Source: Alphaproteobacteria bacterium
GTDB lineage: Bacteria > Pseudomonadota > Alphaproteobacteria > MPNO01
Assembly: GCA_964291675.2 (NCBI GenBank)
Contig: OZ219866.1
Coordinates: 1,184,001-1,248,000 of the forward strand
Length of the DNA stretch: 64,000 nt
Direction: 5' to 3'
Shown here piece after piece: positions 49,762 through 58,047 of this stretch (position 1 is its first letter; each line of letters starts with the position of its first letter). The translations under genes were made by a program, and so were the position numbers. The notes beneath the pieces were generated by a model that saw only the letters and a program-made list of their open reading frames with translations, was not told the origin of the DNA and did not search any database.

Positions 49762-50105
49762 TCCCGGTCCCGTCCTCGACCCGGGTATGGCTGGCCTGCG
49801 GGGTGACCGACATGCGCAAGGGGTTCCCGGGGCTTGCGGCGCAGGCGGAGCGGGTGTTGAAGGCGGATCCGCATTGCGGCCATCTCTTCATCTACCGGGG
49901 CCGTCGGGGCGACCTGATCAAGATGATCTGGTGGGACGGCCAGGGAGCGTGCCTGTTCTCGAAGCGTCTTGAGCGCGGCCGTTTCGTGTGGCCGTCGGCG
50001 TCGGAGGGCAAGGTTTCGGTGACGCCGGCGCAGCTGTCGATGCTGTTGGAGGGGATCGACTGGCGGGCGCCGGTTCGCACCTGGCGGCCTTTGGCGGCGG
50101 GATGA
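49758..50105 (+). CDS. tnpB: IS66 accessory protein TnpB
   Basis: [25 protein letters not shown]. Confidence 0.93.
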   Translation: MIPVPSSTRVWLACGVTDMRKGFPGLAAQAERVLKADPHCGHLFIYRGRRGDLIKMIWWDGQGACLFSKRLERGRFVWPSASEGKVSVTPAQLSMLLEGIDWRAPVRTWRPLAAG

Positions 50106-51526
50106 TTCATCGTTTATATACAATAGGTTGACTCCTATCCGGGCTTCCCTTTGGCGGCCTTTTCCTGTAGGCTGCGGTCATGCTCGAAGAGGCGCATTCC
50201 CTGCCTGACGACATCGCCGCACTGAAGGCGATGGTGCTGTCCTCGCGGGCCGAGGTGGCGGCGCGGGACGCCGAGTTGCGCAACCGTGACCTTCTGATCG
50301 AGAAGCTCAAGCACCAGCTTGCGGGTCTGCGCCGCCAGCGCTTCGGCGCCACTTCGGAGGCCCTCGATCAGCTTGAGCTCGGGCTGGAGGACGAGGAGAT
50401 CGCGCGCTCGGCCGAGACGTTTGCCGAGCCAGCCCCGGCGGCAAAGAGACAGCCCAAGCGCCGTCCCTTGCCGGACCACCTGCCGCGCGAGGAGACGCAT
50501 CTCGCGCCTTCAGGCGATCGCTGCGCGGACTGCGGCGGTCGCCTCAAGCGTCTCGGCGAGGATGTGACCGAGGAGCTGGAGTACATCCCCGGCCGCTTCG
50601 TGGTGAAGCGCATCGTGCGCCCGCGCCTGGCCTGCGGCGGCTGTGAGACGTTCCACCAAGCGCCGCTGCCGTCGCGGCCGATCGAGCGCGGCCGTCCGGG
50701 CCCGGGCCTTCTGGCGCATGTGCTGGTCTCGAAGTACTGCGATCACCTGCCGCTCTACCGTCAGTCGCGTATCTTCGCCCGCGATGGCGTCGATCTCGAC
50801 CGCTCGACGCTGGCCGGCTGGGTGGGCAAGGCGACGGCGCTGCTGGAGCCCCTGGCCGATGCCGTCGGGCGCCATGTTCTGGGCGGCCAAGCCCTGTTCG
50901 CCGACGACACCCCGGTCAAGTTGCTGGCGCCGGGGACCGGCAAGACGGCGACGGGTCGGGCCTGGACCTATGTCCGCGACGAGCGTCCGTGGAAGGGCGA
51001 GGCATCGCCGGCGGCGTGGTATCGCTTCTCGGCCGACCGCAAGGCGGCGCATCCGAAGAGCCATCTCGCGGGCTACGCCGGCTGGATGCACTCGGACGGC
51101 TATGCCGGCTTCGGCGCACTGGCGCGCGCGGGGCCGGTCCGCGAGGTCGCCTGCCTGGCCCATGTGCGGCGCAAGTTCTTCGACGTCCACGCCGCTCAGG
51201 GCTCGGCGGTCGCCGCCGAGGCGCTGGAACGGATCGCCGCGCTCTACGCCATCGAGAAGGAGGTCCGCGGGCAGCCCCCAGAGCGCCGCGTCGCGATCCG
51301 CCGCGCCAAGGCCGCGCCGCACCTCGATGAGTTCGAGCGCTGGCTGCAAACGCAACTGCCGAAGCTCTCCGCCAAGACCCCGCTGGCGGCGGCGATCCGC
51401 CATGCGCTGACCCGGCTGAAGCGCCTGCGGCCCTATATCGAGCACGGCTTCCTCGAGATCGACAACAACCCGGCCGAGCGCGCGATGCGCCCGATCGCGA
51501 CGATGGAGTCATTCTGCACCCCTTCT

Positions 51527-53593
51527 TCAAGTGTCTGAAAACATTGACATCTGATCCCGACATGAAGCGCGACGCGGGTCTTTCCGCAGTGCCAGGGCGT
51601 TGGCGACCCGCTCGGAATGGAGGTCTTTGGCCCTGATTTGCCAGGGCGCTCCGGGAACGAGTTGCGTGGCAGGTAGCGTTCCATCCTCGATCAGGCGCCT
51701 GAGGGTATGGCTGGTCGTGCCCAACTCTTTCGCCGCCTCGGTCATGGTGCGCCAGTCGCCCTGCTTGTCCGCTGAGAGGTAGCCGTCGATCCCGTTCACA
51801 CGCCGGATCGATCCGACCCGGTGAGCGGTCCAACTCTTGTGCTGCCCGGTCCGCATACCCATCCGGTTGAGCGACGCGGCGATATGTTCGTCCGACCATC
51901 GCCCGGCCATGCTGCGTATCACTGCCAGAGCTTCCTCGGGCGTTCGGCAGCCATGTTCGCCGCTCTTGGGCTTGCGGACCCTGAGACGGGAATGACGGCC
52001 ACCCATCCAGTGGATCGTCAGCAGGACGTCACGCGCCTCTTCGTCGACATCGACGATTATGCCCATGATCAGGGTGCGCACGAGACGCTGGCGGGCGCGC
52101 ATGCTCACCCCGGGCGCGTTCCAGGCGGCCTTCAGGTCGTCGGCAAGTCCGGCCAGGTCGGGGACAGTGGGCCGCGGCGACGGCATCGCGCCCAGCCTTG
52201 CTTCGCACGCCTGGACGCGTCGAAGCGCTGCCTCCCAACTCTTCTCCAGCTCGGCGGCGATCAGCCGGTTGTCCGGATCGCAGGCGGCGTAGCGCCGCTC
52301 GGCGAGCGCCGCCTCGTAGCGGGCTTGCTGCAGATCCAGCTCGGCCACCCGTTGCTGTTCGGAAAGACCCTCCGCGTTCATCCGCTCGGCTTCCAACGAG
52401 GCTTCCACCGCCATGGGCTCCACGACGCGGAGGATCTCATCGGCAACGGCCGCATCCACACGCGCACCCCCGAACCCCAGACAGGGCTCTAGCTCGAGCT
52501 GGAGGTGTCGCCGATTGCAGCGGTAGACAGGATTGCCGGGCGTGCGACCGGAATAGGCAACGCTCATCGTGCGTCCGCAGCGTGCGCAACTGAGGAGGCC
52601 GCCAAGAAGCGCCCGCCCGCCGCGCCCCGACTTCGTGCCCCCCGCCTTGCCGAAGGCATTGGCGGCGAGCTGCGCCTGGTTGCGCTCGAACTCCGGCCAG
52701 TCGATGTAGCCCTCGTGATGGTCCTTCAGCACGACCTCCCATTCCGCCATCGGCTTGCGGTGTCCATAGCTCTTGCGCACGCGCCCGTCGACGATCTCGG
52801 TCCGCCGCTCGCTTTTGCCGTAAGCGTAGACCCCGGCGTAGAAAGGGTTCTTCAACACCGAAATTACGTTGCGATAGCGGATCGGCGTCCAGTCGAAGGA
52901 GACCATTGTCCTGCCATCCGACGGGCGTGGGAAGCAAAGCTTCTGCCCGCTCAGCGCCAGCAACACCTGCCGCGCGCTGCCAAGCTCGCGAAACCGGGCG
53001 AATACCTGACGGATCGCTTCCTGAACCCGAATGTCGGGGTCCAGCCCCAGCCCGGCCTCGGGATGCCAGACGTAGCCGATCGGGACGCTGATGCGAAGCT
53101 CGCCGCGGGCGGCCTTGGAGCGGGCGGCCTCGAACATCCGAGCGCGCAGAACGCCGAGTTCGAACTCGCTGATCTGGCCCTTCATGCCGAGCAGCAGACG
53201 ATCGTTGGGGTGGCGAGGATCGTAGATGCCATCCTGGTCGATGACGCGTGCCTCGACGAGACCGCAGAGCTCGAGAAGATGGTGCCAGTCCCGGCCGTTG
53301 CGAGAGACCCGCGAAGCCTCGAAACAAAGCACGGCTCCAACGTCCCCGGCGCACAGCCAGGCGACGAGGCGCTCGAAACCGGGCCGCGCAACGGCACCGT
53401 CCGCCGACAGGCCCTGATCGTCGTCGATGACTTCGACCCGGGCAAAGCCGTGCCCGCGCGCCACATCGACGAGATCGTATTGGCGGCGCTGGCTCTCCAG
53501 ATTGTTCCGCATCTGCTGGGGCGTGGACTGACGGACATAGACCACGGCCTTGCGCGTCAACACCGATCGCGGCAACGCTTCAGCGACGCCCAT
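51527..53593 (-). CDS. Large serine recombinase (resolvase, recombinase, Zn-ribbon, C-terminal HTH)
   Basis: YVRQST catalytic Ser, SRVSRN, LKNPFYAG, CARCG..YRC; GGAGG RBS. Confidence 0.93.
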   Translation of the reverse strand: MGVAEALPRSVLTRKAVVYVRQSTPQQMRNNLESQRRQYDLVDVARGHGFARVEVIDDDQGLSADGAVARPGFERLVAWLCAGDVGAVLCFEASRVSRNGRDWHHLLELCGLVEARVIDQDGIYDPRHPNDRLLLGMKGQISEFELGVLRARMFEAARSKAARGELRISVPIGYVWHPEAGLGLDPDIRVQEAIRQVFARFRELGSARQVLLALSGQKLCFPRPSDGRTMVSFDWTPIRYRNVISVLKNPFYAGVYAYGKSERRTEIVDGRVRKSYGHRKPMAEWEVVLKDHHEGYIDWPEFERNQAQLAANAFGKAGGTKSGRGGRALLGGLLSCARCGRTMSVAYSGRTPGNPVYRCNRRHLQLELEPCLGFGGARVDAAVADEILRVVEPMAVEASLEAERMNAEGLSEQQRVAELDLQQARYEAALAERRYAACDPDNRLIAAELEKSWEAALRRVQACEARLGAMPSPRPTVPDLAGLADDLKAAWNAPGVSMRARQRLVRTLIMGIIVDVDEEARDVLLTIHWMGGRHSRLRVRKPKSGEHGCRTPEEALAVIRSMAGRWSDEHIAASLNRMGMRTGQHKSWTAHRVGSIRRVNGIDGYLSADKQGDWRTMTEAAKELGTTSHTLRRLIEDGTLPATQLVPGAPWQIRAKDLHSERVANALALRKDPRRASCRDQMSMFSDT

Positions 53594-53765
53594 CGTCATC
53601 CTCCTTCACCGGGGCGGTCGCCGCTTCCAGAAGCAACCCGGCCACTGCGCTCACCACCGCGTCTCGTTCCTCCGAGCTCAGACCGCGCAGCGTCGGTGCG
53701 TCGAGCGGCATGCCGAGCTGTCGGGGTTCTCTCGGCGGTCGCGCTGTTACAGGCAAAGACTTCAT
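53580..53765 (-). CDS. Small hypothetical protein upstream of the recombinase (61 aa)
   Basis: GAGGAG RBS; MKSLPV...VAGLLLEAA; overlaps recombinase start. Confidence 0.5.
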   Translation of the reverse strand: MKSLPVTARPPREPRQLGMPLDAPTLRGLSSEERDAVVSAVAGLLLEAATAPVKEDDDGRR

Positions 53766-54082
53766 CGCGCTCCTCTCCGCTAACGGTTCCGTCATCGGGG
53801 GAGCTATGTCGAAAACCTTGGCCGACGAGAAGCTCGTGAAGTGCGGCGAGGGCGGCCGGGGAGGCACGCGGCGCGCCGATCTCCATGCCGGCGCATGACG
53901 CAGGATCAAGCATCCAGGCGGGTATCTTGATGATCAGCCCCGGCTCTACCTCGACGGAGGCCATGAGGCCGTCTGCACGCTGTTCGATAACTTCAGGGCG
54001 TACTCGCCGACCGAACAGTGCGTGCCAGCGGTAGTGGATGACGCAATCCTGCCCGATATGGGCAGAATGAATGCGCGATCGC
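53596..54082 (-). CDS. Body of a junction-split gene (start codon supplied from 51512 after circularisation)
   Basis: Frame open from the right junction: RSRIHSAHIGQDCVIHYRWHALFGRRV...IPAWMLDP. Confidence 0.55.
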
Positions 54083-54389
54083 CTTGGGCCGGAAGAACTA
54101 TCTCTTCATGGGCTCAGCCAGCGGCGGCCGGGCCGCCGCCATCGCCTACACCTTGATCGAGACCGCAAGGCTCAACCACGTCGACCCGCAGGCTTGGCTT
54201 GCCCAGGTTCTCGAGCGCATCCCCGACTACAAGATCAACCGCGTCGAAGAACTGCTGCCCTGGAACTGAACGCCGACCGCAGATCAGGGCCAAATCGCCT
54301 GAACGCCCAGGGCGGCTCCGCCCAACGCTTACTCTCAGCCGCCTATATTCGATCCGAAGATGGGTGGACAGACTTCGGGAGCACTGCCC

Positions 54390-55712
54390 GTGGCTAATAC
54401 AATGAAACTATGGCAGCCGGACAAGCAACAATTAGTGCCCAAGGATGCACGAACGGCAAAGTCCATTGCTAAGTGCGCTAGGCAACTTTCCCAGCGAGAC
54501 AAGGGACAGATCGTATCAGCATTCAAGTCCGGCCACTACGATATGGGGATCAATTTCCTCTGGCTTAGAACTATCGCAGCGCTGAAACGGGAATTGGCGA
54601 CCGTAGGGATAGGACTGTTAGGAGAAATGCTTGGGCGAGTTGGGGTAAATGAAGACGACGATATCGAGGATCTTCTAACGCCACGTGAAACGATTCGCTT
54701 GGCTGGGGAATTAGGCGCCATCTCTCAGACCGAAGCTATGCGATTGCGACAGACGCATGAATTGGTTGTCCATTTTAACCAACTCTCTTTTGAGGAGGAT
54801 CCACTCGAAGAAATCAACGAATCGGAAGCAATCACATCCCTTAGGGCATGTGTTTCAGCGGTGCTCGCGAAGCCAAAAATAGAGGTCGCTAAGACTTTTG
54901 TTGAATTCAGGGAATCTCTAGAGACCGAGGCATTTGGGTCGGATGAAGAAAAGATCAATTTGCTAGTGGGTTCTCCATACTTCTTTTGGAAGTTAACCAT
55001 CGACATCCTGATGAACTCCGCAAAGGATTCGTCCGGCGTTAAGTTGGAACATTGCTTGGCTAATTTAAACGTTATATTGCCTAAGTTGTGGCCAAATTTG
55101 AAAGATGCCGAGAAGTGGCGCGTCGGACGCACGTATGCTGAAGTGCATTCAGAAGGAAAGTCAACTTCATCGAGCGGCCTAAAGCAGGCTCTCATGAAGG
55201 TGCAGGGATTTGACTTTGTGCCTGAGAACCTTCGCAGTGATACCTTTGTCAAAGCCGCTGAGGCAGTGGTGCGTGCCCATGACGGAATGAATAATTTCTA
55301 TAATGAAGGCGCACCAGTTAGAAATCTTGCCCAACTCGGAACTTCAATTCCGCCGCCCGCTTTGCCAGCATGTATGACGGCGTTGTTGGCAGTATACGTC
55401 GGAAATCAATATGGTTATTCTTTCGAAGCAGCTCCCGTGGCAGAGAGGATGCTGTCTGGGATTAGTGATGATAGGTGGCGCTATTATTTGAACCAAGTGT
55501 TGCCCAACGATACTAGGATACTCAATAAACTAGCATTGCATTCCAAGCCGCGCGGGCGATGGATGGATTTAGTTGATCGGAATGCCCTTGGCGAATGCCG
55601 AGTTAATGACCGTCGGGTGGGTAAGATGCTCGATGCTGCAGGGCAAAAGAACGAGAACGAGATTGGTCAGACCGCGAAAAAACTCTTGGGACGATATTAC
55701 AAAAAAGCGTGA
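54390..55712 (+). CDS. Hypothetical ~440-aa protein, possible degenerate HEPN-like N-terminal domain
   Basis: Long low-GC ORF; GTG with GGAG RBS overlaps the DAC-like gene stop; helical N-terminus GHYDMGINFLW..LRQTHELVVH. Confidence 0.75.
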   Translation: MANTMKLWQPDKQQLVPKDARTAKSIAKCARQLSQRDKGQIVSAFKSGHYDMGINFLWLRTIAALKRELATVGIGLLGEMLGRVGVNEDDDIEDLLTPRETIRLAGELGAISQTEAMRLRQTHELVVHFNQLSFEEDPLEEINESEAITSLRACVSAVLAKPKIEVAKTFVEFRESLETEAFGSDEEKINLLVGSPYFFWKLTIDILMNSAKDSSGVKLEHCLANLNVILPKLWPNLKDAEKWRVGRTYAEVHSEGKSTSSSGLKQALMKVQGFDFVPENLRSDTFVKAAEAVVRAHDGMNNFYNEGAPVRNLAQLGTSIPPPALPACMTALLAVYVGNQYGYSFEAAPVAERMLSGISDDRWRYYLNQVLPNDTRILNKLALHSKPRGRWMDLVDRNALGECRVNDRRVGKMLDAAGQKNENEIGQTAKKLLGRYYKKA

Positions 55713-56096
55713 TTCCAATTGGCGGAGTGAGGCCCGAGATTGGCGTTCCGGACCGACTCCACTACCACCGGCTTCGCGTTGGTGGACACTTCAGGCACGG
55801 AACAGCGTTCGGCGAACACTTCGCAATCGAGGTTAACGCCGACCACTCATTGGCACTCAGCGAAGGGGCCTTTTTCTTCATCACGCTTCGCGCGACGTGG
55901 CAGGCGTATCTGAACGCCTTGACGCTGGTGCCGGGCGGACCGGCTACGATGTGGCGGCCCGCAGTTCAAGCGCAATGGAACAGGCGGCGCCGCCCCGGGC
56001 GCGGCATATCGCCGCGTGCGGCCGATTGCGCATTCCCGGGCTGTGCGAACGAGCCATTGTCACGGCGACCGACCGCCAACGGGAGCCGTAGCGACG

Positions 56097-56603
56097 ATGG
56101 AAGTCTTCACTGTTCTTGCCGGGGCAGGCGACTGCTTCATCCGCCACAGCGTGACGGCGTTCCGGCCGTCCGCCGCGCCGCCGCGCCGCGCCTGCCCGGC
56201 CGGGCGCGCCGGCGACACGATCCTGGGCCTGGCCTTCGTCGCCGGCGGCGGCGGGGTGCGGGTGGCGGGCCGCGAGATCCGCATCGCCGGGCTCGATGCG
56301 CCGGGAGGCGACCGGCTCGACCTCGGAAGGCGGGCGATCGGCGCGCTGATGCGCGAGATCGGCGGCAAGCCCGTCCGCGCCGCGGTCGAGGGCAGGGACC
56401 GGCACGGCCGCCTGCTCGCCAGCGTGAGCCGCGACGGCCGGGACATCGGCGAATGGCTGGTCCGGGAAGGCCACGCGCGCGCCGCCCGCGGCGGCCGCTA
56501 TGCGCGCGCCGAGCGGGAGGCGCGGGAAGCCGGGCGCGGCATGTGGGCGGACGCCCGCGATATCGACCCCGGGGACCGCTGCCGCCGCAAGGGGAGCGGC
56601 TGA
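56097..56603 (+). CDS. Thermonuclease (SNase)-like protein, possibly degenerate
   Basis: GDTI, IRIAGLDAP, DRHGRLLA, LVREGHA, AREAGRGMW; start uncertain. Confidence 0.68.
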   Translation: MEVFTVLAGAGDCFIRHSVTAFRPSAAPPRRACPAGRAGDTILGLAFVAGGGGVRVAGREIRIAGLDAPGGDRLDLGRRAIGALMREIGGKPVRAAVEGRDRHGRLLASVSRDGRDIGEWLVREGHARAARGGRYARAEREAREAGRGMWADARDIDPGDRCRRKGSG

Positions 56604-56616
56604 GCCCGGCGTTGCC

Positions 56617-56901
56617 TCAAACCAGGTCGCCCGGCTCCACCTCCAGCGCCCGCGCGATCGCGGCGATGGTGCCGAGCGACCCCGCCCGCTTGCCGGTCTC
56701 GATCTGCGACAGGTAGACGAGGTTGATGCCGGCGGCCCCGGCCAGCCGCCTCTGGGTCATGCCGCGATAGAGGCGGTACGCCCGGATCGGGCTCTCGCCG
56801 GCCAACAGGCGGTCGGCGATCTCGGCCGGGAACAGCTCGCCGCCCTTGGCCCTGGCGCGGTCGTAGAGCGCCTCGTCGGGAATGACGTGTCCTGTCGTCA
56901 T
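56617..56901 (-). CDS. XRE-family HTH protein (antitoxin-like)
   Basis: [30 protein letters not shown]. Confidence 0.8.
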   Translation of the reverse strand: MTTGHVIPDEALYDRARAKGGELFPAEIADRLLAGESPIRAYRLYRGMTQRRLAGAAGINLVYLSQIETGKRAGSLGTIAAIARALEVEPGDLV

Positions 56902-57320
56902 GGCGAACTCCTCGCTTGCCGCTCGCCCGCCCCTCCGTTTCGTCGCGGTCGGCCCCCGCCGGCCATGACGGGGAGGGCGACCTGTTCCAGCACTACCGCC
57001 GTGCCGCTGGCGCACACGATGAGCATGCTCCCCTGGCCCCCGAGCAACTCGTCGTCGAGGTCGACGCCGACGACGGCGTTGGCGCCGCGTGCGGTAGCCT
57101 CGTCGGTCATCTCGCGGAGTGCCGCGTCGCACGCCCTCCTGAACACTTTCTCGTAGGCACGCGACTGGCCGCCGACCAAGACACGCAGCCCGGCGGAGAA
57201 GTCGCGGAATACGTTGGCGCCCATCACCGCCTCGCCGGAGACGACGCCGACATAGGCGACGATGCGCTCACCCTCCAGGGTCGGCGTGGTGGAGACGATC
57301 ACGCGGCTGCCCCCTGCCAT
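56898..57320 (-). CDS. ybjQ: YbjQ/UPF0145 family protein
   Basis: [26 protein letters not shown]. Confidence 0.85.
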   Translation of the reverse strand: MAGGSRVIVSTTPTLEGERIVAYVGVVSGEAVMGANVFRDFSAGLRVLVGGQSRAYEKVFRRACDAALREMTDEATARGANAVVGVDLDDELLGGQGSMLIVCASGTAVVLEQVALPVMAGGGRPRRNGGAGERQARSSP

Positions 57321-57408
57321 ATCCGAATGGATATATCAGTTGGAGGGCGTCCTTCGATAGGGGCTTATACCGAATACTTGACGGGCGGGACGCCAACGAC
57401 ACTTCTTC

Positions 57409-57519
57409 CGTCATGCCCGGACTTGATCCGGCCACCCACCGGCGCCGCCACGCCTCCCCACGGCCCGCCGTGCGCGCCGATAGGCCGCATGGGTGCCCGG
57501 ATCAAGTCCGGGCATGACG
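57409..57519. repeat. REP-like palindrome with 23-bp perfect inverted repeat
   Basis: CGTCATGCCCGGACTTGATCCGG (57409-57431) / CCGGATCAAGTCCGGGCATGACG (57497-57519). Confidence 0.8.
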
Positions 57520-57708
57520 AGGGGGGTGCATGACGGGGGAAAGAGCATGGGACGCGTGGGGTGCGGTTGCGCATGACCGGGGGTGCATGACGAGGTGGGG
57601 AAGCATGGCGAGCGTTCCGACGTTCGGGCGCGACGCCGGGGATCGCCGGCGGGCGCGCCGCCCCCCGTGACGCCCGGCCCCCACTCCGTCAAGTCATCTG
57701 GATAAGCC

Positions 57709-57915
57709 CCCTTCGATACGCCCCGAATGGAGTCCGCGGCCGCTCAGGAGGAGGGTGCGGATTGCGATCCACGACAAGCCTCCTCACGGGCAGCCCCCGA
57801 AGCGCCTGCCCTGAGCCTGTCGACGGGGGGTCGCCTCGCCCAGCGCCCTAGCAATGGCGCCGCGCGCGGGGAGCCGGTCCTTCGACAGGCGGCTTCGCCG
57901 CTACTCAGGATGAGG
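57709..57915. repeat. Cluster of CCTTCGA(T/C)A..CTCAGGATGAG REP-like units
   Basis: Shares CCTTCGATACGCCCCG and CTACTC(A/G)GGATGAG with the 752-873 element. Confidence 0.55.
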
Positions 57916-58047
57916 CTGTGGGGTGCGCGCGGGCCGGGAAATTACCCTCTGGGTTGCCCGCCGGAGGCGGGCGCATCTGAGGACGCCCTTGTTCGCGTCC
58001 CCGCCCGTCGCCATGTTGGGCGCACCCCCGTTGAGGAGGCGCGAGCC

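Larger units (their letters stand above)
51499..54082 (-). mobile_element. Minimal large-serine-recombinase integrative element (2584 bp)
   Basis: CGATCGC at both junctions (51492-51498, 54076-54082); 9-bp IR TCATTCTGC (51509-51517) / GCAGAATGA (54062-54070). Confidence 0.88.
50180..54269 (+). pseudogene. tnpC: IS66 transposase TnpC split by recombinase element (50180-51498 + 54083-54269; 501 aa when joined)
   Basis: Joined frame reads DNNPAERAMRPIA-LGRKNYLFMGS...ELLPWN*. Confidence 0.92.
49293..54332 (+). mobile_element. IS66-family element (2456 bp without the nested insert)
   Basis: Terminal IRs GTAAGCGTT.GG....GCCGCCCT; 8-bp TSD TCTCAGCC at 49285-49292 and 54333-54340. Confidence 0.95.
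48315..54397 (+). pseudogene. DAC/DisA_N-like protein (reconstructed ~344 aa) interrupted by IS66; segments 48315-49292 and 54341-54397
   Basis: HGCLLAV, CDGITL, GGARRRA motifs; removing the IS plus one TSD gives KGLSA-AYIRSEDGWTDFGSTARG* in frame; low GC. Confidence 0.7.

Noticed and set aside
51499-51538. TnpC C-terminus TMESFCTPSSSV
   Set aside because: Read-through into the inserted recombinase element; the true C-terminus is at 54083-54269
57520-57610. Short tandem GCATGAC-containing units as a CRISPR array
   Set aside because: Units are degenerate and irregularly spaced, with no unique ~30-nt spacers and no cas genes
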